Shown here one piece after another: positions 1 to 14,917 of a DNA stretch of 64,000 bases. Below the pieces are notes generated by a model. It worked only from the letters and a program-made list of their open reading frames with translations, did not search any database and was not told the origin of the DNA. Numbering within the stretch: position 1 is the first letter of the stretch; the number at the start of each line of letters is the position of its first letter. Position numbers and translations under genes: made by a program. Source of the DNA: Eledone cirrhosa (lineage: Eukaryota); NCBI GenBank assembly GCA_964016885.1, contig OZ024746.1, positions 55,056,001 through 55,120,000 on the forward strand, in the 5' to 3' direction.

Positions 1-570
1 ATGGGACAACCAACGTCATGGATCTTATCCAACAATCTTGATCGGTGTCTACTCCTGCGTCTCCAACCGGTTGGTTTTGCCCGTAAAATCTGTCCAGCCA
101 TTTTTTCTAAGTTATTTTATAAACAAATCCATAGTATTGGAGGTGTGTTCTCTCATTTCGGAGAAGTAGCAGCTCTATCTATTCTGATCTCCAAGCTACG
201 CACCCTATCGAATAACGTTACTCCAAATACCCTTCAGGGGAACCCCATTTCGACCGCTTGTATTCTCGATCGCATTCTTTCGGTCATTACACAATATACA
301 TGACCATACGTAAGGAGTGGCACGAATACCGAATTGAAGATAGCGAGTTTGGCTTTTACACTTACCTCCTTTCTTGAACTTCTCTATCTACTTCAATGAA
401 ATTTCATTCACATGTAGAAGACAGCGCATGGTTCCTTGAGAGGACGAATGTCTCAGTTTTAGCAGTACGGATTTTCATTCCAGCCATAGAGTATCGGAGG
501 TATGAAGTGTAAGTTGGAGATCAGCTTCTGTCGCGTTATGTAGCTCATGTCATCTACAAATCCCAGCTGG
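1..570 (-). mobile_element. Decayed RTE-clade LINE (Expander/Rex3-like), RT C-terminal region
   Basis: Minus-strand translation gives KAKLAIFNSVFVPLLTYGH..VMTERMRSRIQAVEMGF and GVTLFDRVRSLEIR, matching the RTE post-RT motif (TLTYGHESW..RIQAAEM.FLRR..DRVRS). Frameshifted; homologous to 28350-28810. Confidence 0.75.
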
Positions 571-1489
571 ATATCATCTCTAAGTTAAAAAACTGTTTAT
601 TTCAAATCGATGAATTATATGTATCTAACAATTCTCCATCATCATTATATACAAAAATCTAAGTTTTATACCAAACATCAGCTTAATCATAATATTAGTC
701 ATCTTACTAAATCCCTCATCATTTTTAATTATATTCAAAATTATTTGAAAACCATAGACAGTGTATTGTATTAAATATATGGTAATCATAGGATAATTCC
801 ACATATGACTCAACTTCGATAAAACAACAACAACAAAAAATGAAGGAAATCCACATGAAAATCATATAGAAGTATTCACAGAGTCAGACAGACACGTACC
901 TATGTTGCATTTAAGATTTCATTTTACATAAAGAAATCTGACTTGACTACATACTATTTTCATAGTCTTATGACGCCCTCGAGCGATCGTTTTGCAAGTC
1001 TAATACATATGTGTCTTTCACGCGTAAAAATCTACATATATTTTCTCATCTTTTTCTCGTTTCTATTCTTATCTTTATTTTCTTTAGCTTATAATATTTA
1101 CAGCAAAATAATCAAGGCACGTTATCAGTTTCCGCTTTCATGGATTTCAAATTGATTTTTGGCAAAGCATAAATGCAATCTCCATTATTCTATGTTAAAC
1201 ATGTATTTCCCCATTTTCACAATAACATTGCTAGATTTTACACCATCTTTTTCTAGGCAAATGATAAGGCACGTTCATGTGATAAAATAAAAGTGATAGA
1301 GCGAGTGAAACTGAACCCCCCCCCCCAACCCACCCTCATTAATGAAAATACAAAATACAATAAGTCAGATTTTACGTAGGCAATTTTTACCCTACCACAC
1401 ATGATTGAATAAACATAGTTGGATGCGTTTACACATGTGGGTATGTGTATATTTATTACATTATTACACATATATATAAGCATATTAAT

Positions 1490-1538
<49 letters not shown>

Positions 1539-1542
1539 CATA

Positions 1543-1637
1543 CATGGTGTACCAAAGAATGTATAACCACTTTGGTTACCTGTACAGCAATATTTATTGG
1601 AATGCTGTTGGAGTGTGTATTTTTTTGGTCCCCCTTT
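1543..1637. mobile_element. ~95-bp Tc1/mariner-type MITE, copy 1
   Basis: Degenerate TIRs (consensus CAGGGTGTCCCAAAA...TTTTGGGACACCCTG), TA flanks, shared core CTTTGrTTACCTGTACAG. Similar copies at 5517, 31888 and 32202. Confidence 0.65.
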
Positions 1638-2944
1638 ATATATACACATGTGATATTGAGGAATGTGAGAAAAAGTGCTCAAATAGAGAAGTAGAGTTTA
1701 AACTTTCTATATTAAGGCTTAGTGATGAATCTTATTACTCTGGCGTTTCCTCTTTGCACTCACGGAAACACTGTATACTCTTATAATCATGTACATATGA
1801 ATGTAAATGTATATGACTATGTTTTTTGCTATATATTAGAGGTATATATTTGCTATATATTAGAGGTATATATTTGCTATATATTAGAGGTAAATTCGTA
1901 AATTAATGGCCTTTAATTTTGTTTTTTCATTCAAGTGTCTACGATTACGTGTGCCAGTTTACTACTAACTACTCTATGAAGAAATCTCATTCCTTCATGA
2001 ATTTAGCCTGTGAGTGGCTGAATATTCCACATACAAATGTACACTTAACGTATTTGTGAGCGAGATTCAGCGAGACATAGTCTGTGAGTTACTGCTTCAA
2101 ATCAATCTATGGGCTTCCAAAAAAAACCCAACTACTTAATTAAACTAGAAAACCAAGAGTCTACCCGAGCCTATGGTAAATGACATTTGACGAAGATACC
2201 TCACAGAGAGATGGAACTCGGGAGTTAATGAACAGGCATTTATAAATTTAAATGTTTGTGTGTTTCTGCCAATAACTCCGGGGGTGGCGGGGGTTAAGCC
2301 AGACCATGATTCTTCTAGGCTGATAAGTTTGGTCGATTGCGACAAACATGTATTTTTTTTGTAAAACGTTCTTACTAAATTGTTCTGTTACTTTAGCAGC
2401 CGTTGCTGCAAATATGCTGGTCTTGTAATGTGTGTTGCAATTGTTGTCTGGGGTTACTACTATATTTGTTGTTAGGTTTTTGTTACATTTCGAGATGTTG
2501 GTGGTGTTGGTAGTGTTGTAATGTTCATTTTTTTGTAGCGCTCTGATGAAACGGCTGTCTTTAATGTTTTAAATACAGCAAATTTATTTCATAATTGTTC
2601 CCTGCAGTGTTACATTTAATTGTTGTTTTTGCAGCTGCTGCAGTTTTGTTTTTATTTAAGCTCATCCATCATGTGGGCAGCCTACGTTTCTGCTTTGCAG
2701 ACGTAAATTGATATCTGCCATCATATTAAAAACATATTGAGAGACGTATTTGATTTGAAAAACAAGCACAGGTGTAGTACTGAAGTACTACAGGTACAGA
2801 AATTTAACCAACTTACGATGATACTGGTTAATTTTACCATAAACAAATATCAAATGTTGAGCAAAATACGTTGGATAACGTATAAGTATAACAACAAACT
2901 TAACAGAGCGATCTGTAACATTGATAGAAGAACGAACAAAACAA

Positions 2945-3120
2945 TAATTATAATTGTTTCTATTTATTATCACATGGCCAATAATTTGGAGGGAAGGGGA
3001 TAGTCAATGAAATTGATCCGAGTGCGTTACTAGTACTTTATTTTATCAATCCCGTAAGAATGAAAAGCGAAGCGAAGCAAACCTTGACGGGGCTTGAGCC
3101 CAGAACGTAAAATGCCGGAA
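2945..3120 (-). mobile_element. Degenerate tRNA-derived SINE with Nin-like core
   Basis: Reverse complement of the TTTCATyCTTACGGG..GATAAAATAAAGTAC core shared with SINEs at 34030 and 43720. Confidence 0.55.
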
Positions 3121-4038
3121 ATAATAGTAATTACCTACACTACTAATACTACTATCATTAAAATACGACAACTATGTAATTACACCATTTCCTCAGTCTC
3201 TAAGTTATAGGGATAGAAACGAATGAGTGGAAGTTGGGCGATCGTTGTTCTACGCATGCGTAATTCATTAACGTTAATAGAGTGGGTTACTGATAGAAAA
3301 AAGTACCTTTTAATTTCCTGTTCACGTTAAAGACAGCCAATATAGCTATTCAATTGTTTTCAATGATATAGTTGTATGGAAAGTATCGTAAATTTAGCGT
3401 GTCTTTGTGTACTTGCGTGTATAGGTGAATGGTCGTGTGTGTATATGGATGTGTTTGTTTAGATATATCTCTGTGTTCATATGTTTGTGAATCTAAAGTT
3501 AGCTGGATTGTGGTCGAAGGAATGTATTAAGCTTGTTCGTTCGATTGTGTGAGGTTGTGTATGAATCTGGGTATACGTGTATGTGATCAGAATGCCTCAT
3601 CAAAGAATCGCTTGACAGATTTTACAGGCAACCCTCCCCCCCCCCCCAAAAAAAAAAAAAAACAACCGGCAAGAAAGCTAGGGATACAGCCAGATCAATT
3701 GGAGACAGTTACATGTGGGAGCAGAAAAAAAAATATATAGAGAGAGAGTGAGAGAGAGTAGTATATAGATAAATTGGTAGAGATATACACGTGCAGGCAT
3801 ACATGCACACGAACACAACCGTACACAGACACACACACACACACACACAGAAATATATATATGTTGATTTTTTTTTTTACTTATATATAGAGACCTCACT
3901 ATATGACATAATATACATACATTTCTAAACCATAAATCAGAATGATTGAAATATATTCAGTCTCAGATCAAACATACACATGACGTGCTGTTTTTCACTT
4001 TGAAAACGTTTAAACAACACGTCCCACCCTTAGTATAT

Positions 4039-4125
<87 letters not shown>

Positions 4126-4363
4126 TACTATGTCATAGCTGTTTCATCACAGAACCTCTCGCAACGTTATAATGAACATAAAACTTAATTTCAATTCAAT
4201 ATGAATGAATGTGGAAAGAAGTGAGCTTATTATTACCTTTGGCTTTTAATTCAATTTCGCAATATGTTTCTTGTTTATTATCATCTTCGTGGTTAACATC
4301 ATTATCCTCAAGATTCGCAATCTCCTCCTCCTCATCATCATCATATTCGTACTCATCACACAA

Positions 4364-4433
<70 letters not shown>
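4364..4433. repeat. (TAC)n microsatellite
   Basis: Pure trinucleotide run; source of the poly-S, poly-L and poly-T ORFs. Confidence 0.95.
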
Positions 4434-4436
<3 letters not shown>

Positions 4437-5516
4437 TTATTGTTGTTATTATTCTTGTCGTTGTTATTGTAGTTGTATTTCATCATTAGTACACTGGATT
4501 TTATATACGTTTTGTCTGGTTCTTTGCAATATTTCTTTCGTTCTTTCGCAATGAATATAAAATCTTCAACGAAATTATCCATGATCAAAGAGAGGAAATA
4601 TATGTTTCTATTTTTGGTGTATGTATGGGGGGCGAGGGAGTATTTTGTCCTTTTATTTGAGAGAAAAAAAAACAGCTTGAGCGCATTCTAATGAGTGAAA
4701 TCAGTAAAAGAGTAGAAGAATATTGTATATTTTTTTTTTTACATTTCGGTTTAATGTTTGTTTTTTGGTATATTTTAATAATAGTTTATTTTTTAATAAT
4801 AGTTTTGTGTGTCCAATTGCTGTATTTTTACTTATAGATTTCATTCGTTGATTTATTGTTAAATATTATTTTATTTACTGAGGTATCTATATATACTTAT
4901 AATAAATATATATTTTATATCCAATATTCCCCCACAAAAAAACTATCGTGAGATATTTCGAAGAATATCTACATATAAGAATAAAGAAATCAATCGGTCT
5001 TCTGTAAGTAACTCTAAAGTATGGACAAACACATTCACTAATACACCAGCACCAACTACACCGATATTTTATATAATGGAACCCAAATGTTTTTGCAAAG
5101 AGAACATATTGAAGCATATCATAGCTGGTTCGCCTAATTAGAAATGGAATATTTAAAATTGTACGATATATAGACGAGCTGCTTCTCCTTGCTACGTCAC
5201 TAGATTTACTGTCGTGTTTGATGTCGCAGAGTAGGAGCCAAAATGTTCAAAGAGTTAAAATTCACTTCGACCTTATCGGAAGAAACAACACACACACAAA
5301 AGAGCAACAAGAAGTAAGAAAAAAAAATTATACACCGTGTAATTGAAAGGAATTTGGTCCCTGTGGACAAATATATATAATTAAAGTAAAAAGAAGGAAA
5401 TGCAAAAATGATGAAAATACCTAAACTCGGATGTTAACTGAAAACCAATTAATAGAAAATATACATATTGATATAAATGTATATAATCATATCATGCATA
5501 TATATATATATATATA

Positions 5517-5609
5517 CAGGGTGCATCAGAAAATGTATACACTCTTTGATTACCTGAACATTTATTAGCATACTGCTGAAATGTGTATACATTTTTGGAA
5601 GACTCACTG
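5517..5609. mobile_element. ~95-bp Tc1/mariner-type MITE, copy 2
   Basis: TA|CAGGGTG...AAAATGTATACAC and GTGTATACATTTT...CACTG|TA inverted ends with TA flanks. Confidence 0.7.
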
Positions 5610-5660
5610 TATAAATATGTATAAATATGTATATTTATATATGTATAATACACACACACG

Positions 5661-5727
<67 letters not shown>

Positions 5728-6653
5728 CATAAGATAGTACATTTTTATGGTGTCTAAATGAGATTAAAAAAATGTGATAAAAACGATAGCATCACAAATG
5801 AAATACACTACAGTCATTTTTTATGTTAGTTGTTTTTACTGATCTAGTTTTCATTGTTTTGTGGCGGCTCAAGTTGTTGTTGCAGTTGTTTGGTTTAAAA
5901 TCAACCCCGTTATTATGGAAGTTGTTTAAACTATGATTATACCGCCGTTAATGTTACCAAGAACTACATTATTTTCAATAACATATGTCTGGTCTGTTTA
6001 AAGATAATAGGTCATTATTTCAGGGAATGACGACTGTTATATTCTTAGAAAATTGCGAGATCTTATAGAAGAAACCATAACATAATTTGGAATACTCACC
6101 GTCGAAATCGATGCAGGTCCATTCCATTAGATTCTAACACTCTATTAGATGCTGTATAGCAAGTTTATTTTCAAACGCTTAACATAAAAGGAAGTAAACA
6201 TTTGGTATCTTTACACATTAATAATTCGTTGAAAGATTATTTTAATTTAATTCTAACATCGAAACTTCTTTTTTTGTGTTTGTTTATTAAAGTAAAAGTA
6301 ATGAGAATGTACTGAGATACCTTACTTCTTATTCAATGTCCAAATACCAGAATATTCTTCACGACATAATACTAAACTAAATTAAATGCCTATCCTGTTT
6401 GCTGGTAATTTACAACTCAATCCAATTATACTAGAGGCGATCGAATATTTCAAACGGCTTATGTTGTATCCTTTTTTATTTATATATAATATCTAAAAGT
6501 ATAATTTCAAAATATATAGGTTCGTTGAAATATAATGTTATTTCTATAATTCTATAATATAACTTACATATTAAGCATTATGTACACTCACACAAGTAAC
6601 TACATACACACGCACACAGATAGAAAGAATACGTAGATACACAGACACACACA

Positions 6654-6696
<43 letters not shown>

Positions 6697-6746
6697 ATAT
6701 ATATATATATATATACACCCACTTATTTGTACTGCATTTTCCTCTT

Positions 6747-6810
6747 TTAGTAAACATTTTCCAGCTCATTATCATCGGCACAGGTTGAACACGCTGGTCC
6801 TCAGACCTAA
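6747..6810 (-). ncRNA. Degenerate type I hammerhead-like motif
   Basis: Minus strand: TTAGGT CTGAGGA C-CAGC...GCTG GAAA ATGT TT ACTAA. Core is present; stems I and III are imperfect. Confidence 0.35.
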
Positions 6811-8277
6811 TGAAACGTACGTACCTGGTATGGCACCATTGTAGTAACTGGCGTTAATATATATATGTATCTATATTATAAAATAACAGGAGGCTGGACT
6901 GTTGTAAATCCTTGAAAGATTTATTAAACTATGATCATTTCAATGACCGGGTTCAGTATGATTCATACTATGAATCCGGTGACATCATATATAGGTGTGT
7001 GTGTGTGTGTGTGTATGTGTGTACGTTTATATATTCGGTCATCAAGTATGACAATTGTAAAAATTTATAGAACAAAAAAAAACAAATTTCGACAAATTTC
7101 ATACTTGACGACCCAATATATATATATATATGATATGTGTGTATGTAATTTCTTCCTAATCACCGCTGATGATGATATTTTTTATTAGACAGAAACCAGT
7201 AATATGTCAGCTGTAGTTTGATAACTTCTGTAGAGAATTTTCCATGCTAAAACAAATGTTAATTATATTAACATTAGATAAACTTTATATTTAAAATTTG
7301 TTACTCGCACAACAGTTCAAAACATAGATCTATTCTTTTTATATTTCTGGTCGTTCGTTAAATCTTAAAACTCGGAGAAGTGTGGTCAACCTTAATTTGC
7401 TATAATTATGGCATGGCCGTACGATAGATGTCGATTAGGAAGATTCAAACACCTACCGAAAATATATTAATTTGAGTGGGATATTTTTAATTACTTTTAA
7501 GATATCGATGTTAGAATATGTGACTGCACTCACCTATTTTAAATATACTGAAGCTGGGAAGGCACCCCCATTCATCTCCTTAAAATTATATCGAAGTTAA
7601 GAGGGAGTCTCCACTCAAATTCGTTAAGAATATAGAAGTTGAGTTTGAGAATCTATTCGCTTGCGTTAAATATAACGAAGTCTAGAGGATACTCCACTCA
7701 CATTGACATCGCTGCAGTTAGACAGTGGCAAACAGTTACTATAAATATATATAATTTATAGAAATTTTCTCATCATACTATCAGATAGACGAGAGTATTA
7801 GAGAAATAAACAAAAATAACTTCTATAAAAATATATAAATATTTAAAATATCTAAACTAAATAACGTTTCACAAGATAAAAATATTTTATTTGTTTTTAG
7901 ATAATACATACCTACCTACATACCTACATACATACGTACATACATACTTATATACATACATACGTACTTATATACATACATATGTACGTACATACATATG
8001 TACGTGCGTACATACATATGTACGTGCGTACATACATATGTACCTACGTACGTACATATATACATACGTACATATATAAATACATACATATGTGTGAGCG
8101 AGTGTGAATTTGTATGCGTGTATAGGTACACATATATCGATGTAAACAAACGCGTACATATATATCTATCTGCTTACATATGTATACTTATACTTCTTTT
8201 AAGCGTTAAACTAATAGACTGTTATTGTAATGTGCTGTTCTCTGGTGCTGCTTTTCACCATCTATCTTGACTTGTAT

Positions 8278-8343
<66 letters not shown>

Positions 8344-8906
8344 CATACGCACATACATACGTATACACATATATACATATATGTCATTATATATGTGTCT
8401 TCTTTTGTGTGTATACATTTATATGTACTTACATATAAAGAAGCAATAACACGTTACTGCTTTGTGAAGAAACGGTGTCGATTTTTTTTCAATTTCTTTT
8501 TATTTAGATTTCAAGATTGAGTTGCAAATGTTCAAAAGCAAGCAAGTTGTTGTAATTACATGAGTGAATTTGATTTCGCAGAAAATAAACTCAATCTTTG
8601 ACAGAGATCTTTATTTTAAAACCGAGTTATGACTCTCTTAAATAAACATATTGTTCTAAAAGACCACTTAACGCAGCTTCTGGAGATAAATTCTAATCTT
8701 GTATTTTCTGTTACGCGCGGGTTATATAATTAGTCCAATTAAACTAACAGTACAAACAATGCTAATTTGACGTAATCTAAACAATGTTTCTGTTAGCTGG
8801 CAGAAGAGGTCTGCGGTGGAAAACGAAATACATGTTTTTTGAGATTTACATCGGTGTGATTGTATGTATGTATGTATGTATGTATGTATGTATGTATGTA
8901 TGTATG

Positions 8907-8940
<34 letters not shown>

Positions 8941-9099
8941 TGTATGTATGTATGTATCTGTATGTGTGCGTCTGTGTCTGTGTGCGTGTGTATCGTTGAT
9001 GGAAATGTGGTGTGCGTATTATTTTATATGAATGATGATGTATGAGAGTGTATGTGTATAGACGTGTGCATCTGTTTTGATATTGTTTATGCGAGCAAG

Positions 9100-10150
9100 A
9101 CTCTTTACTCAGCGAGAATAACCCCTCCCTGGTCTAAGCCACCCACACCCGTGCCTGAAAAATAAACACACCACAGCCTTCGTACCCGGCGAACTGACGC
9201 TTATTCCCCTTTAAAGACCACTCCACTAACCTGACATTCCAGAAGATGCTCTTTCGGCTCTTCCGCCGCCTCTAGTCGCACCCCTCCAGCATATTTCCCC
9301 ACCCACCGCACCCATACTTCAATTGTGCCCGCAACCTCCAAAATTTCGTCCGCTGTTCCTTTTTCTTCTCCCCTAATGACATTTTTACTACTGACCCTAC
9401 TGCTAAATGTAACTTCATCACCAGCATTTGCACTCTCCGTGGCCAAACGGTCTATTCTTCCGAATCAGGGATTGCTTCCACAGACTCTTCTCCAACTTTC
9501 TCTACGCGCTTCATTGCGCCCTATGGGAGGCCCTCTATATTAGACAAACCGGCGATCGACTAGCTGACAGGTTCCTCGAGCATCTCCGGGATATTGGCTT
9601 GGCAACAAGTCTACAATCTCACGACATTTCCGCTTCATCTCTCCACCACCACTCACTGTTTTCGGTTTCTCTGCTTGCTACAGAACCCCGGATTCACACT
9701 TAAGAACAGAACCACTGATTATTTTTTCCTGTCAGATCTGCATTGTGACCCAACTTAACTTACGTCTCGTTTTCTTTTTGATGATCCCATCTCTCACCTC
9801 TCAGCCCATCTTCCACCAAACACGGGAGCACTACTACTTCATCAATACACACACACCCACACACACACACGCAAACACACACACACTAACACAACTGAAT
9901 AATTAGTTGCACCAATACGACCATGCTACACATTTACTCCTACTAACATTACTAATTATCTAATCAATTCTACCAACCGAACACGCTCACGCAATTACAC
10001 TACCCCAACACCGACTAAATCACCAATACCATCATGGACAAACACACACATTCCACTATTCCTAACAGTACTTAACTAATTAATCATACTAACACACTCA
10101 GCCATACTACATGGCCAACCCTACATTCACACTACACTACTTCACTTTCA
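9100..10150 (+). mobile_element. Degenerate Neptune-type PLE 3' fragment (linker, GIY-YIG, CA-rich UTR)
   Basis: Fragments YALHCALW..LYIRQTGDRLADRFLEHLRDI and PLMTF, homologous to the 12300-12970 region. Confidence 0.7.
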
Positions 10151-10217
10151 AATATATATATATATATATTAAGGGTGAAAGCAGCGATTCTTTGCTTAAA
10201 CTTTAATCTGTTATTTT

Positions 10218-10266
<49 letters not shown>

Positions 10267-10267
<1 letters not shown>

Positions 10268-10445
10268 GAAAACATCAGGACCCCGACGGTTGAGCTCCGG
10301 CCGTTTCGACAGCTAGATCCGAACGGATGGAGCTCTACTGTCGAGGTCCTGACTCTTTTCCTATTACCCACTCTACTACCCTAAGTATCGAGTACTCTGG
10401 TGCGTTATGGTCCACGTGTTTCCTTACCACACTTTCTTTGTTCTT
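10267..10445 (+). mobile_element. Mini fold-back PLE-end insertion, family H1 (short inverted arm plus 3' tail) in (TA)n
   Basis: TCAGGACCCCGAC...GAGCTCC is inverted against GGAGCTC...GTCGAGGTCCTGA. The tail CACTC..GAGTACTCTGGTGCG..CCTTACCACAC is shared with 26456 and 50555. Confidence 0.7.
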
Positions 10446-11133
10446 ATATATATATATATATAATGTACATGAGCGCGTGAGCGAGTATATATAGTTTTGT
10501 CTGAAAAATCCACTGGTATTAACGTGCAGAAACGCGAACACGAATAGGCACACAAATGTATATTCGCATATGCACACACATACACACTCATACATATACA
10601 TACTCAGACATACCCATAGATACACATACCCACACACATATGTATTCAGTCACATACATGTATAAACGCACTCACTGACAAACAAACTATACAATAATGT
10701 CACAGAGGAACACGTAAATATACATATACACACACATACATAAATACACACACTCACTCATACAAAAACATACCACATATACGCACTAGAACAAAAACCT
10801 ACATAAACACACATATAGAAACACACACACACATATAACAAACACATAAAATACACAGGATTCAGAGTCACACACTCTTTTCTCGCGCACACAATCAAGA
10901 CGCAACATCTCAGACACAAAGTTAAATACTCATACTCACTCATAAAAAGACATACACACACATGCACACAAATGAATGTACGTAAGCATTTGACAGACAC
11001 ACGCATGCGCACTTCTGTCAACGATACACAAACCACACACACACACACACAGAAGCAATAATGCACAACCATGGAATGAATTTATATGCACATGTTGTGT
11101 TTTTACATTTCCGTGTTTGTCTTTGTTTCCTTG

Positions 11134-11196
<63 letters not shown>

Positions 11197-11239
11197 AAAC
11201 TGGAATTGGAACGAAAACAGAGAGGCCGTACAAACAAAG

Positions 11240-13440
11240 GTTTATTACTTTCACGCTCGCTGACCTCTATAGGGCTGAGGCTTACCGCCAGCTTCACAAC
11301 ACCCTTTTTTACCGCCCTTTATCCTCCGACCCCACTTCTGGCTACCAACAACTCGTGTCCTCCACCATCCACGAGCTGTACGCCTCCTCTCACCTCCCCC
11401 TCCCCCACATCCACCAACCTTATTGTATGCACCCCTCGCACATCCACCATCTAATTCCTCCCCAAAATATACAAACAAAATAATCCTGGCCGTCTTATCG
11501 ATCCTGCGTGCAACTGACCCACTGAGATAATTTCTGAATATTTAGACACCATCCTCGCCCCGTTGGTCAGAAATCTCCCCTCCCACATCCAAATCATGCC
11601 CTTAGCCTTTTCAACTCTTTCTCCTTCGCTCCTGGTCCCTCCCACACTCTTTTTACCATGGACATCACTTCTCTCTATACCGTCATCCCTCATAATGACG
11701 GCATCCGCGCTCTCCAGCAATTTTTAGATTTACGCCCTACCCCTTACCCCAGCACTACCACTCTTCTCCGTCTGGCTGAGTTTGTTCTCACCCTTAATGG
11801 ATTTTCTTTTCCGGGTGATATTTACTAGCAGGTCACTGGGGTAACGATGGGAACCAGAATGGGTCCAAACTATGCCAACTTGTTTGTTGGCTACGTCGAA
11901 GCCCAGATCTTCTCCCAGTACGCTGGACCGACTCTTGAGCTATACGGTCCTTATATCGACGATTGTATCAGCGCCACTTCTCTATCACGAGAACAGCTCG
12001 ACTGTTTTCTTTCTTTTGTCCAATCTTTCCATCCTGCTCTCAATTTCACCGCCTCCGTCTCCGATTCTTCTGTTGCTTTTCTAGATATCTCTCTCACCAT
12101 ATCCTCTCTACTCCCATCTATGTTAAACCAACAGACTCCCAATCTTATCTCGACTCCACCTCCTCCCATCCAACCGACACCAAACACTCCATAGCCTATT
12201 CCCAATTCCTCCGTCTTCGTCGACTCTGTAGCCAGGACGACGATTTCGAAACCCATTCCCTTCGTTTGCCTGCCTGCTTCATCTAGCGTAGATATCACTC
12301 CATCTTGATCCTAGCTGCTCTCACCCGCGCCCGTGAAAGAGACTACACCACATCCCTCTCACCTCACCCGAGCCCTCCCAACACCCGTGTTTCTTTCCCT
12401 CTCACCTACCAACCCATGATCCGACCACTCCGGCGACATATCCTCCGTTCCTTCCGTATCCTCTCTTCTGACCCCGTCACTTCTCGCTTTTTTCCAAACT
12501 CACACATTACTGCTTTTAAGCGCGCCGGAAACATCCGCGGCCTCCTGGTTTGCAGTTCCTTTTCGTCCTCTCCCACAACTCCACCCGGCTCTCATTCATG
12601 TTCCCGTTCCCGCTGCAACAGTTGTCCCTTTATTTCCACCCTCACCACTCTTACAGGCCCAAACGGGTCTTTTCGTATCAGCCATTCCTTCACCTGCACA
12701 TTGTCTATGCCCTCCGGTGTTCCCTTTGCGGGTCTTTATATACCGGACAAACGGGACGCCGTATGGCGGACCGGTTTGCCGAACATTTGAGTGACATACG
12801 ACTCGGTTTGGATACTCCTGTCACCCGTCATTTATGTTCTCCTGGTCATTCTTCCCTACATGTTACAGTCCTGGGTATCCTTTTACATCATGGATCACAG
12901 GCCTCGCGCACCAGGACTGAACAAAGCCTGATTCACCGCCTTGGACTCAACTTAGCTGCCCACTTTCTCTAATAATCCGTACATTATCACACCCCTTGAT
13001 TCCTATCGCTTTCTCTTGATCATTAGCAGCATCTCTTACTACTAATACATGCCGATACACACCCTTATATTAACATACTTTTGCTCATAGCTTCGTACTT
13101 ACATGCACACACATTCTTTTACTCACATATATACACACATTTCTTCTGAGCTCCGTACGGACCTATAATAACACACACAGACACACACACTCTAACTCAT
13201 GCTTACGCACGTGCTCAAGTATAGATCTTTTTACAAAACTGCTCTTTTTCCATTTCAGGTAGACGCCTGCCTTCCAACCCACCCGTCCCCTCAATCTATT
13301 TTATTTCTCATTCTTTCTTCTGATGAAGGACTAGCGCCCGAAACGTTAAGACCCTCAGCCTGCTATATCAAGCGTTAACCTAATATACACCTTCCATATA
13401 CTGTACCGATTGTGTTGTTATTTCTGTTTACCTTTTACAT
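11240..13440 (+). mobile_element. 5'-truncated Neptune-clade PLE (RT plus GIY-YIG EN pseudogene, 3' pLTR with hammerhead)
   Basis: Motifs LFTMDITSLYTVIPH, GVTMGTRMGPNYANLFVG, YIDD, YVKPTDSQSYLDSTSSHP, IAYSQFLRLRRLCS, CSRSRCNSCPFI and VYALRCSLCGSLYTGQTGRRMADRFAEH. Several frameshifts and stops. Confidence 0.9.
13316..13351 (+). ncRNA. Minimal type I hammerhead ribozyme (PLE-type, palindromic stem III)
   Basis: TCTT CTGATGA AGG-ACTAGCG-CCC GAAAC GTT AAGA. Stem I TCTT/AAGA, AACGTT palindrome, GUU site. Confidence 0.75.
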
Positions 13441-13494
13441 ACATACATACTTATAAATATATATATCTATCTATATACATATATATATATATAT

Positions 13495-14400
13495 ATTTCG
13501 TTTCTGAATTTGTTTAGCAAGATTCTTTATCTGAAATTGTGTGTTGAAACCGATATCGTTGTACTTTGGGAGGGTCATGTTGCCAATAAGAAACACACGC
13601 ACCAGTTGCTTTCACTTCAATTTATTATAATAAATTTATCAATTTCTGGTTGGTTGGTTGGTTCCATATTAACTGTAAAACTAGAAATGTAGTGTATAGC
13701 ATAAGATGTACTGAAGGACAATGTAGAGACAAAAATATAGTGTACATAGGTGAGACAGCTCGTAGTGTAGGGGAACGGATAAATGAACACTGGTGAGACC
13801 TTGAAGATAGTAAAGAATCATCTGTACTCTACCAACATGCTAAAATAGAACACCAGGCTAAATTAGAGAACATAGAAATAAAAATAGAATCTACACACAG
13901 AAAAGACGCAATGTTTAGACAAATCACAGAGGCAATAAACATAAAAGAATTACAACCAAAATTAAATAGAAAATATGAGTGGAACAGCAACATCACAACT
14001 TACAATTAAGGAAAAAGGAAAACACACACACACATAGAACAAACAACCAACCAGTAACATGTAAATAAACAAATAAATAAATTAACATAAACACACACAG
14101 ACACCCGGATGTGGCGTATGCGCAGACTGAGCACACAACACACACACAGAAACGAAATGGGGTAGGACAGAACAAAGGAGAGGCACAAAAAACAAAGAAA
14201 AGAAAAGAAAATAATCCCCAGTCACTGAAGAGGTCACAGAGTGTGTGACGAAAGAACTATGACAATATATAAACAACTATCTGGTTGTGGAACCAACCAA
14301 CCAACCAGAAATTTATAAATTTATTATAATACATTGAAGTGAAAGCAACTGGTGCGTGTGTTTCTTATTGGCAACATGACCCTCCCAAAGTATAACAATA
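13495..14400 (+). mobile_element. Nematis-like PLE subfamily A, 3' fragment with inverted 5' arm carrying the tail
   Basis: EN fragment NCKTRNVVYSIRCTEGQCRDKNIVYIGETARSVGERINEH. 13556-13665 is the inverse of 14288-14400; the extra ~60-bp tail 13495-13555 is on the left arm only. Confidence 0.85.
14221..14263 (+). ncRNA. Minimal type I hammerhead ribozyme (Nematis-like A pLTR)
   Basis: GTCA CTGAAGA G-GTCACA-GAGTG-TGTGAC GAAA GAAC TA TGAC. Stems I and II are perfect. Confidence 0.8.
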
Positions 14401-14455
14401 TATATATATATATATACATGTATATATCCATATAAGTACGTATGTATATATACAT

Positions 14456-14514
<59 letters not shown>

Positions 14515-14771
14515 CATATATACATACATATATATGTTTATATACATATATGTACGTATGTATATATACATACACGCACACACACATATATATATATATA
14601 TACATACCTATATATATGTACGTATGTATATATAAATACACGCACACACATATATATATACATACATACGTATGTATATATACATATATGTACGTATATA
14701 TACATACATACACACACACATATATATATATGTATATATACATATATGTACGTATGTATACATACATATAC

Positions 14772-14847
<76 letters not shown>

Positions 14848-14917
14848 GTATATATATATGTGTGGTGTGTATGTATATATGTATATTTATACATATATAT
14901 ATTCATGTATATATATA

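Noticed and set aside
2540-2590. CTGATGA at ~2542
   Set aside because: No properly placed GAAA or closing stems.
7160-7210. CTGATGA...GAAACCAGTA
   Set aside because: Stems I and II do not pair; likely chance.
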